A stretch of DNA of 64,000 nt, taken from assembly GCA_964019335.1 (NCBI GenBank), contig OZ025654.1, positions 806,001 through 870,000 of the forward strand. The letters are read 5' to 3'. Each line of letters starts with the position of its first letter. The stretch's first letter is position 1. The position numbers and the translations under genes are program-made. Positions 22,708-34,842 of the stretch are shown one piece after another. Below the pieces are notes generated by a model. The model was not told the origin of the DNA and ran no database searches. It worked only from the letters and a program-made list of their open reading frames with translations. The stretch is from Diplonema japonicum. Taxonomy: Eukaryota; Protista; Euglenozoa: Diplonemea.

Positions 22708-23387
22708 TAAACAAAAGAAGCAAAAAGAAAAAAAAGAAAAGAAAAAAAGAATTCTTTATGACTATATGTCTTTGTTGTTCGCACGAGCAAAAAAGGTTTT
22801 TTAAAAAGCTGCGAAAGTTTTTTGCTCGGCACAAGTTGCATATAGTTATAAAATCATTTTTTGAAAGATAAATATTTGTAACAAAAAGAAAAAAAAAAAA
22901 GAGTAGCCTTTTCCACTTTGGGTTTTGCTTTTTTTTTTTCCCCCTCTTTCTCTTTTCTCTCTTTTTTTCCCCTTTTTCTTTCCTCTTTTTTTTTTTTTTA
23001 TCCGAGTGATTTTTTCGTTGATAAGCCCCCCCCCTTTTTTTTAAATTCTACCGTAATTAGAAACCCCCCCTTCCCAAAAACTATTTTTCTGCATCGAAAC
23101 GTCGACCGAGATGCATTCTATGGCTACAAGTGTTCAATATCAAAACAAGGAACCGATATTACTGAAAAGAAAGAAAGAACTCCCTTCCCCTCCTTTTTCT
23201 TTTCTTTCTTTTGTAGCACCAGAAGAATTTTCTCCTCCCCTCCCACAGAAGCACATCGTTAAAAATAAGAATTTTCCCCCCTTCAAAATACGTTCTGTTT
23301 TGATATGGTCGGTCCTTTGTGTGAACAAAATAAGAATTGAAAATTGCAGTGAATTTGCAAACAGATAGTAGGTGCAGAACGTGTTCG

Positions 23388-23420
<33 letters not shown>

Positions 23421-23504
23421 CATTCTCTAAAAGGTCTCTACAGGCGCTATAGAGGGAATTTGTAGGAAAAAAAAATCACCCCCGTCCGTTGTAGCATGCT
23501 TTGG

Positions 23505-23547
<43 letters not shown>

Positions 23548-24048
23548 AAACCTTCTTGGAAACAACACCCTGAAAGAAGAAAAAGAATAGAGGGAAAAAG
23601 AAAAGAGTTTACTTTATACCTGATACGGACGAACAGGGCGAATCTTCGCCCTTTTTTTCGAATTAATTTACCCAATTTAGGGCTTCGCACGGTACATAGT
23701 AAGCCCTATGGTTTTTTCGAGAAGAAAAAAAGAAGTGTGAGCGCGAACAAGCACCAAAAGTAGTTTTTTTTGTTTTAACAATATTATTGTCGAGACTAAA
23801 AACTAGTTGATGGTAGCATAATGAGCTATTTTATTAGGTAAAATTCCGCTCGTGCGCACAAACAAGTGGAGCGCCAAACTAGTTTTTTTTTTTTCCCCCG
23901 TTTCTTCTATACATTTCTCTAGACATCTGTCAATCTGGATTTAGCCCCACCCTCCCCCTCAAAAAAAATTACAAGCCTCAAAAAAAATGAAAGGAAATAG
24001 TGTGGGCGTTGGGTTGGGCATTTTTTTTTCCCCTCCCCCTCTTTTTAA

Positions 24049-24469
24049 CCATCTCTACCAACGGACTATTTTTGCTTTACTTTCAGGAGTGCATTGATGG
24101 CGTTTTGGTTCAGCCCATTGCGGTGTTGTAAGTATGCACTTGGGGGGGGGGGGGGGGGGGGGGGGTGCGATGTCCTTTCCGGCTTTTATTCTCTTTTGGG
24201 CGACCCAGCGTTTGCACGTCAAATTTGACACTTCACCGGAACATCCAACGTCGATAGAAAGCACAGGCTTGGCGTCATGCCACGTTGTGGTGAGTAGGAT
24301 GCCCTACGTGCCGTTCTTTAAAGTTAGGGCAGCGTTAGTTTATATTTTTCATATTTTCCGCGCAGGACCCCCGGCTGCGAGAAGTGGCCGGGCCGTATTG
24401 CATTGAAAACCCTTAGCGCAAAAGATTCTTTTTTTTCAAATCGTCTATATTTTGACACTCGTTGGTTGG
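24049..24469 (-). mobile_element. Heavily deleted piggyBac derivative (same family as 56311-57886)
   Basis: TTAA at 24045-24048 and 24470-24473; imperfect TIRs. The interior matches pieces of 56790-57040 and 57740-57886, including the YN..MG and WHDAKPV.LST coding remnants. Confidence 0.8.
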
Positions 24470-24525
24470 TTAAGTTCTCTTCTAAGAGAATAGTGATGCA
24501 CCCCCCCCCCCCCCCCCCCCCCCCA

Positions 24526-24622
24526 GGGCTATATTGGCATGGAAACGCGTTTCCAAGCTTTTTATTTTTTTTTTTGAAATAAGGAAACGGAAACGTTTCC
24601 CCGTTTCTTGCCAACATAGGCC
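24526..24622. mobile_element. ~100-bp GGAAAC MITE with TIRs
   Basis: GGGCTATATTGGCA ... TGCCAACATAGGCC imperfect terminal inverted repeats, between poly-C tracts. Confidence 0.7.
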
Positions 24623-24690
24623 GCCTCCCCCCATTTCGTTCCCCCTTTTTCCCTTTCGCGCTGCAAGCATTCGAAAGGAGTAGAAACTGC

Positions 24691-24760
<70 letters not shown>

Positions 24761-24861
24761 TTTGGCTGGACTTGTTTTCTTTTAGGGAGAAAAAAAAAAA
24801 GAGAAAAATTCGTTTTACTCCTTGCAGGTATTTTATTATAAAAGGCCACTGGGACATTAAT

Positions 24862-24909
<48 letters not shown>

Positions 24910-25620
24910 GCTTTTTTCGAGGGCACTTCAGAGGAAGACGGGGTATGCCAAAAAAAAAAAAGAGAAAAAAAGAAAAAGAAAGATTCCTCCTTCATTTTTT
25001 CTTTTTTTTTCCCCCTTCCCTGGCAGACTGATTTTCAGTACACCGTTATTTCAGAGCCAGTTTTGGGGAGAAAGAAATTATATTGGGTGGTGGGGATAAC
25101 ATAGAAAACCGTCGGTCATCATTGGTAGCGCCCGAGACAAACCAAATTTTCTTTTTTTTTTTTTTCTTTCTGAAGCAGAAAATTAGTAACGAGCTGACAG
25201 TGTCCGAGAATGAATGAAGAAGACGCCGGTGTAGTGCGCTAAATAAACAAACAAACAAAGAAAATATATATCTCGATAATTTATATGCGATTTTCTCTTT
25301 TATGCGTGTTGTGTGCAGCTCCCTGCACCAAAAAAGATCTTTTTGTCGGGAATAGTCGCCCCCCCCCCCCCCCCCCCTTTCCCCACCGTTCGTCTCATAC
25401 TTGAGCATGTTTAAAGCTGGAGAAGTAAATTTCAAAGTGTTGTGATATAAATCACTTACCTACCGCCAAAGAATGACTTACCCGAGTTAAATTATGGCTC
25501 ATTTAGCAGCGTGTAGGTCATTTTTTTCTAAATACTTTTCGTCTCTATTTGGGTCACTCACATCAGAACTTGGCCAGATTGCTATTAATCTGCGACAAGA
25601 CATAGTTAGATTAAATAAAA

Positions 25621-25756
25621 AAAAGAGTCGGTTGATTGTTGTTTGTGCACAGCCGGGATTAACCTGTAGAAGGATAAGCCCAACAATGCCACCACTACTC
25701 TTTTTAGCAATAACAATTCATTATCAATTTATTGTTTTTCTTGTTCATGCAAAAAA
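25621..25756 (-). repeat. ~135-bp dispersed repeat (R3), inverted copy
   Basis: Reverse complement of 51750-51970 and of 48385-48411 + 49428-49535. Confidence 0.8.
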
Positions 25757-26069
25757 TAAAAAATAAAAAAGAAAAGCAATTCGAACACCGGTTGCTTTTG
25801 TGTTCGCGAACCCGTTTTCTCCCTTCTTTTACATATGGTTTTTATTGTTACCCCCCCCCCCCATCTTCTTGCCAGTGTCCTGCCCCCGTGCGGGGATAGG
25901 ACGGAATGAAAGCCGAAACCTTGTTTTAAAGTGCCTAGTTTCTTTTTATCCCCCCCCTTTTTTTTCCCCCTCCTTCCCCCTTTTCTCTTCTTTTGCCCTC
26001 ACCCCTCACCCCTCCCTATCAACTTCTTTTTCTATTTTCTCTGCCGGATACATAAAAATTCTTTTTTAA

Positions 26070-27022
26070 CCCATAAAGGACCGGTGCTGAGTCTAATTTT
26101 TTTTAGTGCTCTGCATGCCCACTCTTTAAAGAGGGGCCCTATTGCGCGACTTTTTTTTATACTGAACGCTATGTTGCCTAAATCTTTTGCATCAAAACTG
26201 CAAGGGGAGAAAAAAAAATAGTGGCACAGGGGGAAAGAGGTAGAGCCGCTCACCGAATATCAGCACCAGGGTTTTTGGATTGTCTTTGACAACTGTTTTC
26301 GCTTGTCCCATCGATGATACGGATTTACAACGCTGGTTTCCACTTCATGGGGACCATCAGGAAAACCCATTCAGTGTCCGCAGAGATGTGGCAAAGAAAT
26401 CTTGTCAAACAACATCATCGCAAAAGGTGGCACCCACATCAAGCGTTCCCTGCCGGAGCCGAAGATACCTCTACTCCTCAGGTGTATTTTCACCTACTAA
26501 GGGTGCACCTTCACGTGTTCAGCAAAAGATGCAAAAGGCACGGGTTTGCACCGGGTGCAACAAACTACACAAAAAACGCACCCAGACCACATACCCGGTG
26601 CAGAGATTGAAACGTGGCGATGTGCCCTGTGCCCTGTTTCGAAATTTTACACACTTCCGACACCTTTTAAAACCACCTGAAAATCCTCTTGAAAATGAAA
26701 ATACGTGAAAATTGGCCAAGTCGCATATCTGCGGCACCTCGGACCCTGTGTTCAAAGAACAGCCTTAAGCGCCAGCCACCCTGCACGCTGAATAAGCACT
26801 GCTTGCCGAAACCATGGAACCTCCAGATAGCATGTGGCCCTTGCAAGAGTTGTTTCTTTCGAATGCTGCTCTACCACCAAAGTTTGGGTGCGTCCGGGGC
26901 TGAACTGGGGTAGTGAAAATAATATGGCTAGACACCCTATAACTCCACCCTTGCCATTTTATTTTTGTGAGAACGAAAAGTTCAAAATCGGTTTTTGACC
27001 AAAAACAGCGGTCCTTTATGGG
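26070..27022 (+). mobile_element. Internally deleted piggyBac transposon
   Basis: Perfect 14-bp TIRs CCCATAAAGGACCG / CGGTCCTTTATGGG with TTAA on both sides (26066-26069, 27023-27026). Remnants GFHFMGTIRK and the Cys-rich CTGC..KRTQTTY. Confidence 0.9.
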
Positions 27023-27073
27023 TTAAAAAAAAGAAAAACCATTAAAAGGGGAAGAGGGGGGGAGAGGGAATAG

Positions 27074-30000
27074 ATGAATCGGCTAGTTATTGCCGCTGGT
27101 TTCTTATGTGCATTTGCCCAAGCAGGTTCGGGGGGACACTTCTCTGTAGGCCAACACGGAGCGCTCGACTACGCTGGGCACGGTGGGGACCACCCGAGCA
27201 ACGACCACAAGGAATGGCTCATCGACTGCCATGCGAAGGTGCACTTCTCATGGGAAAGGTTCGACCTTGAAAGCGACTACGACATTTTATTCATCTCCCA
27301 CAAGCACGGTGTGTACAGGCCGACTATGCGAACCCAACCCAGAAGCCTGTTGGGACCTGTGAGGCTCGTCTTCACCAGCGACTCTTCAACCCAGCAAACA
27401 GAAGGCTTCCGCGCTCTCTGGTCATGCGGCACCGAACCACAATTCGACGACTCTAGCAGCCTTGCGGAACTTCTTGAAGTCGGTGCAGGTGTCCTCGACT
27501 ACCCAGGGACCGCTCGGTATAAGGAATGGCTCATCGACTGCCATGCAAAGGTGTACTTTACGTGGGAGAGGTTCGACCTTGAAAGCAATGCTGCCACCCT
27601 GCACATCCATGATGAGCACGTGTCGCATCGTGTCCTCCCACACGCCCCCAATAATAATATCAGCGGCCCTGTGAGGCTCGTGTTCACCAGCGATCTCATA
27701 ACTCCCGTCAGCGTCGGTTTCCGTGTGCAATGGTCGTGCGGGATGGAAGCTGGCAGCCAACCTGAAGGTGAATCCAGCATCGTGCACCTCGAAGGTGTTG
27801 AGGGCGCGCTCGACTTCCCCGGGCACGATGGGGCGCACCCGAACCGCAAAGAATGGCTCATCGACTGCCATGCGAAGGTGTACTTCTCATGGGAGAGGTA
27901 CAACCTTGAAAGCAGCCACGACAGCCTGCGCATGTACCATGAGTATGGCTCGCACGAGGCTACAGCATGGCAAGCTGACATCCTGCAAGGCCCCGTGAGG
28001 CTCGTCTTCACCAGCGACCGCCCCGCTATGAAACAGGGATTCTACGTACGCTGGTCGTGCGGGGATGACACAGACCAGCTTCCTGTCGATGGTGCAGGCG
28101 ACCGCGTCTCACTCCTTGAGGGCGACGAAGGTGTGCTTGACTATCCTGGGGGAGAGGTGAAGGAGTGGCTCATCGAGTGCCATGCGAAGGTGTACTTTCT
28201 GTGGGAAAGGTTCGACCTTGAAGAGAACCGGGACACTGTGAGCATACACCACGGGCACGGAGAGTACCTAGTACCTCAGCGGGGTCAAGAAGATAGCCTG
28301 CAAGGCCCTGTGAGGCTGATCTTCACAAGTGACCGCAACACCTTGGGCACTGGCTTCCGCCTACGCTGGTCGTGCGGAATAGGAATCGGCATCGATGGCA
28401 AGGCCAACGCCTACCTGCCCTCTGCACTAGCTACCGAAATACATGGCGCCGAAGGAACGCTCGACTACGGTGGGGGCCACAACCACAAGGAATGGCTCAT
28501 CGACTGCCATGCGAAGGTGCACTTCTCATGGGAGAGGTTCGACCTTGAAAGCGACTACGACATTTTATTCATCTCCCACAAGCACGGTGTGTACAGGCCG
28601 ACTATGCGAACCCAACCCAGAAGCTTGTTGGGACCTGTGAGGCTCGTCTTCACCAGCGACTCTTCAACGCAAAAGACAGGCTTCCGCGTACAGTGGTCGT
28701 GCGATGTCCCTGGGGCTCGTGACAGCAACACGACTGTTGCACCTACCGACCCCCGAAACGTTGCTGTCCTGGAAACGCGTGTAGGGGACATCACCCTGCA
28801 CGACCCAAACGAGGACTACAAGGAGTGGCACATCCAATGCGGTCAAGAGGTGCGTTTCACGTGGGGGCCCGTGTTCCATCCGAAGATAGGCTTCGGCTTC
28901 CTGCAAGTCTACTCCCGAGCCGGTAACGTAGAGGTCACTCCATGGGACGCTCCGCAGAGTTTCCCAGGTCCCGTGCAGCTCGTGTTCACCCGCGGCCCCT
29001 CCCCCTCATTTACTAACTTCACCGTCCAATGGGAGTGCGGAAGCAACCCCCACGACAATCCTGAAGGCAGCGAGATCCAACTCGAAGGCGATGAGGGCGC
29101 GCTCGACTACCCCGGACACGGCGACAAGGAATGGCTCATCGACTGCCATGCGAAGGTGCACTTCTCATGGGAGAGGTACGACCTTGAAAACAACCACGAC
29201 AGCCTGCGCATGTACCATGAGTACGGGGTGTGCACCGACCAGCCCAGCAGCCTGCTGGGACCCGTGAGGCTCGTCTTCACTAGCGATCGTGCGAAGGGAG
29301 GCTTCCATGTACGCTGGTCGTGCGGAATAGCGATTCCCAAGCTCGCAGCAACAGTGGAGCCCGTGTGGTGCACAGTGGATAAGGACTGCCGGGTGTTTGG
29401 TGACGATGCTGCGGTGTGTCGATCTAGCAAATGCATCTGCGGGCCGGGGTTTGAGAAGCCTGTGCAAGGCGCGCAGGCCGTGTCCACGTGCGTGCGTGCC
29501 GACACCACCTCGAGGGCGAGGTACCTCGAAGGGGCCACCACAACACGGGTCCAAGTTGTGTTCAAGAAGGGAACATGCCAATCGTTCCTTGCTGACGCAC
29601 CACAGCGGCCGGTGCTCAAGCGTCTTCTGGGCGCAGCGCTGGGCACCAGTGTCGGAGGGCTGCGTGTGATATGCCAAACTGGGAGCGTACATCTTATCAT
29701 GCAAAGTACTGTGCCCAACGTGAAATTAGCACAGCTCGCAACCCGTTTGGACTCCTTTGCTCATGATGTGGCAGCCAGCAGGGAACTACGAAGTGCACTG
29801 GGCGCCATCTCGGTGGCACGTATAGCGATGGGAACGGGGCTGCTGGAGTGCGCGAGCCACGGGGCATCAGGGTCCAAAAAGCTCGCCAATATTTGCCATG
29901 CAGTAGCTTGCACAGCAGGCTATGGTGTTACACAGGTCGGGCCAGTGCATAAGTGTGTAGATGTGGCAGGTGTGTCTCGGGGCATCGTGCTGGGTGCTGT

Positions 30001-30085
30001 TTCTGTAGTGGCCCTTGCCTCCGTCACGCTGCTGCGTAGGTTCTTCAAGCAACAGGGACAGGTGAGTCCTTTTGAAGACTTGTAG
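27074..30085 (+). CDS. Type I membrane protein: signal peptide, 7 CUB-like repeats, EGF-like Cys module, stalk, C-terminal TM (1003 aa)
   Basis: Seven LDYPG..KEWLIDC..WERFDLE..GPVRLVFTSD..GF...WSCG units, C....DC......C....C.C..GF module, and hydrophobic GIVLGAVSVVALASVTLL followed by RRFFK. Confidence 0.88.
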   Translation: MNRLVIAAGFLCAFAQAGSGGHFSVGQHGALDYAGHGGDHPSNDHKEWLIDCHAKVHFSWERFDLESDYDILFISHKHGVYRPTMRTQPRSLLGPVRLVFTSDSSTQQTEGFRALWSCGTEPQFDDSSSLAELLEVGAGVLDYPGTARYKEWLIDCHAKVYFTWERFDLESNAATLHIHDEHVSHRVLPHAPNNNISGPVRLVFTSDLITPVSVGFRVQWSCGMEAGSQPEGESSIVHLEGVEGALDFPGHDGAHPNRKEWLIDCHAKVYFSWERYNLESSHDSLRMYHEYGSHEATAWQADILQGPVRLVFTSDRPAMKQGFYVRWSCGDDTDQLPVDGAGDRVSLLEGDEGVLDYPGGEVKEWLIECHAKVYFLWERFDLEENRDTVSIHHGHGEYLVPQRGQEDSLQGPVRLIFTSDRNTLGTGFRLRWSCGIGIGIDGKANAYLPSALATEIHGAEGTLDYGGGHNHKEWLIDCHAKVHFSWERFDLESDYDILFISHKHGVYRPTMRTQPRSLLGPVRLVFTSDSSTQKTGFRVQWSCDVPGARDSNTTVAPTDPRNVAVLETRVGDITLHDPNEDYKEWHIQCGQEVRFTWGPVFHPKIGFGFLQVYSRAGNVEVTPWDAPQSFPGPVQLVFTRGPSPSFTNFTVQWECGSNPHDNPEGSEIQLEGDEGALDYPGHGDKEWLIDCHAKVHFSWERYDLENNHDSLRMYHEYGVCTDQPSSLLGPVRLVFTSDRAKGGFHVRWSCGIAIPKLAATVEPVWCTVDKDCRVFGDDAAVCRSSKCICGPGFEKPVQGAQAVSTCVRADTTSRARYLEGATTTRVQVVFKKGTCQSFLADAPQRPVLKRLLGAALGTSVGGLRVICQTGSVHLIMQSTVPNVKLAQLATRLDSFAHDVAASRELRSALGAISVARIAMGTGLLECASHGASGSKKLANICHAVACTAGYGVTQVGPVHKCVDVAGVSRGIVLGAVSVVALASVTLLRRFFKQQGQVSPFEDL

Positions 30086-30373
30086 CAGAGAATCGACAAG
30101 TTTTTTATTCATATGCTCCAGAAGGGGAGCATTAATAGATAGGAACTCACACCACAGGAGGCTGTCCTCCAGTGGGATTGTCTTTTACTATGAGAATTCA
30201 AGCTTCTTTCTTCTAGGCACTTTTGCCCTGACATTTCTTCCCCCCTCCTCCCCCTTGCAATATTCTTTTATCACATAATAGTGATCGTGAATACGAATAT
30301 CGCGACGCGTTACCGAATTTGGGAAATTTGACTCAAGTAGAGTCAAACTATATCCCTCGAAAAAGAAGGGGGG

Positions 30374-30405
<32 letters not shown>

Positions 30406-30409
30406 CGTA

Positions 30410-33000
30410 GAGGATGGTTTTAGCAAAATATATATATGGGTCGATTTCAAAACCCCCCCCCCAAAAAAAAATGAGGCCAATTGACACTTTCGTTGCATCT
30501 TTGGGCATGCCGCCCCCTTTAAAAAAATTCTCCATATTTCCCGGCCCATATTAGGAAAGAACCCGGGTCAGAAATCGCTCAAGGGTGCTATTTTGACCTA
30601 TGAAAAATTCAGTCTTAGGGTAAAAATCGGGTTTTAGTGGTTTTGGTAAAGTCAGAGATTTTGCTTTCAATAGCAAGAAATAGCGGAACTCACTGCTAGA
30701 AGGTGGCTGAAATGATGTTGAAGGTGGAAACCTTCATTTCTTAGTCTTTTGCAGTTTAGATGTGCTGCTGCTGCTGGGTGGGCGACCTCGTTTCTGTTTC
30801 ATATTAGGCCTTCTACCGCGTTTTGGGGGGGTTTTAAGAGGCTCATTCGCAGGTGTGCTTGGTGCTTCGGGCTTGTCATGCTCTTCTACGGGGGAAGTGT
30901 CGAGTTTCTTTTGTAACTTGCTAACAATTCTTTCCCGTTTTTCAAGTCCGGGAAGGCTTCAGGAACGTCTTCATCCTCATCACAAGATTCATAGGCTGGG
31001 GGCTCTCTGCCCTGTCTGCATCGAGTTCTTTGATGACGTACTTTAGTTCCTTCCATGTTGTAGCAAATACACCCTCCGGAGTACTCTTGAACCCATATGC
31101 GCCTGTAAAGTCCGGGAACTCAAGAATCTTCTTTTTGTACGGGCCAAAGACATCAGTAACTACAAATGCAGAGGTGTACCGTATCGTATTGGTGATGTTC
31201 GCTATTTGTTCGACAGTTTTAATTGTTGTGGAACGAGACACCCAAGCCAAACACGAGAAAGCATGGCCATCTGAAACGTCTCCATACTATCTGTGGCAGC
31301 ACAGAAGTGTGGCTTAAAAAAAAAAAAAAAGAAAAGAGGTGGGAAAGAATAATGACGTTAGTTGCTTTATAAATCGCCTGGCACACAAGCAACTTTCAGG
31401 GCTGACGGCGACCAAGCTGAAAGGACTGAGAGAAGATTACCGGAAGAAAGGATTGGAAGATATAAGTGTCAGCTAGGCACTACGTGGCTGTCCCTGCCGT
31501 TTTTGCCGTGTTTCTCCCCCAGAAACCACAGGGAAAACGTCTGATCAGCATAGACGTCACGAAGACCAAAAAGAACAAAATAGCAAAATTCCTTTGCACG
31601 AAAGTGACGCCCACTGTCAGTCCAGAGAATCCACTCCATTTTTTCGGGGATCGCAAACCCACTAGCCAGGACAGTTTTCAGGCACTCGATAACGCATTTC
31701 ACGTCAGTATTCAGACTTGAAAGCACACAATCAACATGCAGCGCCTACGGACACCATGCCCGTCAATCCAGTACACCCCGATTCCCAAAACACTATACGA
31801 TTGCGAATGGTAAAAATCGTAGCTTGTTGATACAGGACCCATTGGTAGGGACCCTTGGACTTGAAGTCGATGTCAAGAACTAATGCATCCGGTGGGGGAG
31901 AAGTCCTGTGTTCATTGTACAACCTTCTTTGGGCCATACACCTTTCAACATGTTGCTCCCAAGGCTTCACGTTTGCAACAAGTTCACGTACCTTTTTCTT
32001 TGGGTACTTCCATCGGATCGCATCAATGCAATTTAGGGTCTCTTGCATGTCCGAAACACTGAACTGCAGGTCCCATTTGACCCCACGTGTGTCATCGTTT
32101 GCAATAGCGAAAGACGCATCCGTTGTGCTTTCGTACTCGCACATATCCGTGGGTTTGGCACAGTGCATAAATTCCTTCCCTCTCGGAATGTTGAATAGGA
32201 AATCTTATTCATAAGAGCGGATGACCGGAAAACATCTTGATATGACACCTCGAGTGACCTTACGGTAGTCATCCTGTGCGTTTGCGTGTGAGACGCCGGA
32301 GGACCCGCGATGTTGGCTGGCTGACTGCTAGATGATCAGAATTGATCTCTGTGTCATCCTCCAAGGATGTCGCACTGGGCCGGCCTGGCTTGCACACTGT
32401 ACCCATGCTACTGTAGAACAAGTCTTTTCCAACAGTAAGGCCAGCTGCCCTTATTTCGTCGTGTGTGATGTGGTCAAGCCGCATGCCTCTGACCAATTGG
32501 CGCCGTGTGGCGTCTTGTTGTCTATTAAACCAACCAGAAAATGATGGCAGAAGTGCCGCTAAAAGTTCCCCCTTACACACTACGTCACAAACTAGTGCAG
32601 CACAGTCGTTGCCACTGAGCTTCTCAAGAGCCTCTTTGGCGAGTGTCCTGATCGCCGATGTGTTCCCATTTACCCTTTCTCGGTCCGAATACCTTTTTTT
32701 TACCCCTAGTTTCTCAACTGCAAGTTTAAAAGCGTCCATTTTTGGAACCCCCCCCCTCTTTTTCTGAAGTTGTTTAAAGTGGGAAAACCTATTTTTGGAA
32801 CCCCCTGAATTTATGCAAAGTGAAAAAACCCATTTTGCCCCTAGGACTGAATTTTTTGGCTACTAGTAACACTCACTTTCCAATTTTATGGGGTGTTTTT
32901 TTTCCTAACCTGGGGGAGAGAAATATTGAAAGTGTCAATTGGCCTCATTTTGGGGGGGGTTTTTTTGAAACGATGCCATATATATGTTGGTGGAAAACGG
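30410..33000 (-). mobile_element. Decayed Sola-like (DDD) DNA transposon with ~80-bp imperfect TIRs
   Basis: Inverted repeats at ~30415-30491 and ~32928-33000 (core AAAATGAGGCCAATTGACACTTTC). Collinear minus-strand fragments TDMCEY, LVLDIDFK, WTDSGRHFRAKEF and FLGEKHGKNGRDSH-FS resemble the DF / D / HGK...D triad of Sola2-type transposases. Confidence 0.7.
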
Positions 33001-33328
33001 GGGGGGGGATTGTTTCTGTTTTTGCGACAAATAAAAGGAATTATGGAACCTTTTTCGAATCTGGAAAGTTATTTTCGGAATAATAGGCATTCTATTGGCT
33101 CCCCCCGTTTCATATAGTATCATGAAAAATGCCCCCCCCCCCCCCCTCCTTTTTTTAAAGATGATTTGTCTTATGTGTTTGAAAAATACTGGTCTCCTCG
33201 GCTTTCCCCTCGCAGTGTCGCTTACTGCACGCTTGTATTTTGAGCTAAAAAAGATTAAATGAGTCACACGTGCATAGGTTCCCCCCTTCCCCATTCTCAG
33301 TAAGATTGGATTTAAACTCAGATGCATT

Positions 33329-33359
<31 letters not shown>

Positions 33360-33700
33360 CCACCCTGCCAGGGGTTGCCTCGTTTAAGTTGTTACCCTCG
33401 CTTCGCTCGTGACACCGCATCACCGTGATGAACCTGGAGGCCCCCGTGAATCAGTCAATCTGAATTTCTGTTGATAAAGTAAATAGCTTTTTCTTTTCTT
33501 TTTCTCATTTTTTACTTACTTTACTTTTTCTACCCCTCTAGAAAACTTCTTTCCTTCTCTCCAACTCTAAGTCTCTCCAATTCCTCTTTCTAGTTGTCTC
33601 CTGGCCGCCCCAGCCTGTTGCCATGAAAGCGTGTGCTTCTTTATCAATAAGAAACGACCCCCCCCCCCCCCCCCCCCACCTCCCCGGGGGGGGGGGGGGG

Positions 33701-33785
33701 GGCTATGCTGGCAAGAAACGTGGAAACGTTTCCGTTTCTTTATTTTCAAAAAGATGCTTGGAAACGCGTTTCCTTGCCAGCGCTG
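33701..33785. mobile_element. GGAAAC MITE copy
   Basis: GGCTATGCTGGCAAGAAAC...TTGCCAGC between poly-G tracts; opposite orientation to 24526. Confidence 0.6.
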
Positions 33786-34710
33786 GGGGGGGGGGGGGGT
33801 GAAAGAAATGCGTACGGCTCCTTGCTAGCTTGGGCTGGTTTGCTTGCTTGCCTAAGCTGGGGCGTTGTCTTGGGGTGCTGGCTTTGCTCCACTCTACTAC
33901 TGGCGTTTCTAGAAGAAGGATATTTTGTAATCGTAGTCACTGTATGTGGGTGCCACCAGGGCTATGTTGGCAGAGAAGCGGGAAACGTTTCTGTTTTCAT
34001 ATTTTCAAAAAAGCTTGGAAACGTTGTCCCAAGGGTCGATCTTTTTAGGCTTCCACCTTGAGCAATGCTCACCCTTGCCCCGAGTTCCTTACACTGCAGG
34101 CCTGACCTAAAAGCCTCATGCCAATAGGTCGCAAGAGAGGCCATTCGCAACGTAGGCCTAGGCTGCCGCAACATGAATGCCCGCAGCAAAATCTTAAAAA
34201 AGAAAAAGAAAAAAAAAAATGTGTACTGCTTGCGTACGACCGTACGCCGACAACGTAGCGCTAGCCTGGCCGTGGGGGGGGGGGGTAATTTTGGGGGAGA
34301 TTGTATTATATTAGGGGGAAAAAAAGAAAACAAGGTAAAAAAGGACAGCAAAAAAAAAAAACATTATGTATCTTTTACCCCCCCCCCCCCCCGCCTTTAA
34401 ATCATTTTCCCGAGGTTAGGATGGTAAGTTTGTTTTTGCAAATATTTCAGGTACCAAACCGTGGTCACTGTTTTTCAAAAATACAGATAAAGTATTAACA
34501 AGTGCCCAGAAATGCTCTAATCCGGCGAATTTTGATTTTTTGGTAATTTGGAGGGTATTGGGCGGTTTTTTTTTACCTCAGGGGAAAGAATTTTTAAAAA
34601 ACTTTTTTTTTCCACGTTTAACCACGTTTTTTAGGACCATGTGACCCCCCCCTCCCCTCCTTTTTTTTTGCATCAACAACTAACGGATTTGGGCTTTGCC
34701 GCTGGGGGAA

Positions 34711-34842
34711 GAAATAGATATTTATTGCCAACAAATTATGAGTCATTATTTTAACTAGAGTACCCGAATCGCGGTAACGAGTGTTAAATAATGGCTCATT
34801 GGCGGCAAGTAAGTCGTTTTATTTCACTCTTCGTCATTTGAG
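34711..34842 (-). repeat. Solo hairpin end of the Crypton-like element
   Basis: Copy of 36136-36292 (terminal motif, hairpin with shortened centre, subterminal IR TTTTATTTCACTCTTCGTCATTT). Confidence 0.8.

Noticed and set aside
22900-25450. Numerous poly-Phe/Lys/Gly/Pro ORFs here and in other intergenic regions
   Set aside because: Translations of homopolymer runs, whose lengths may also be inflated by sequencing error.
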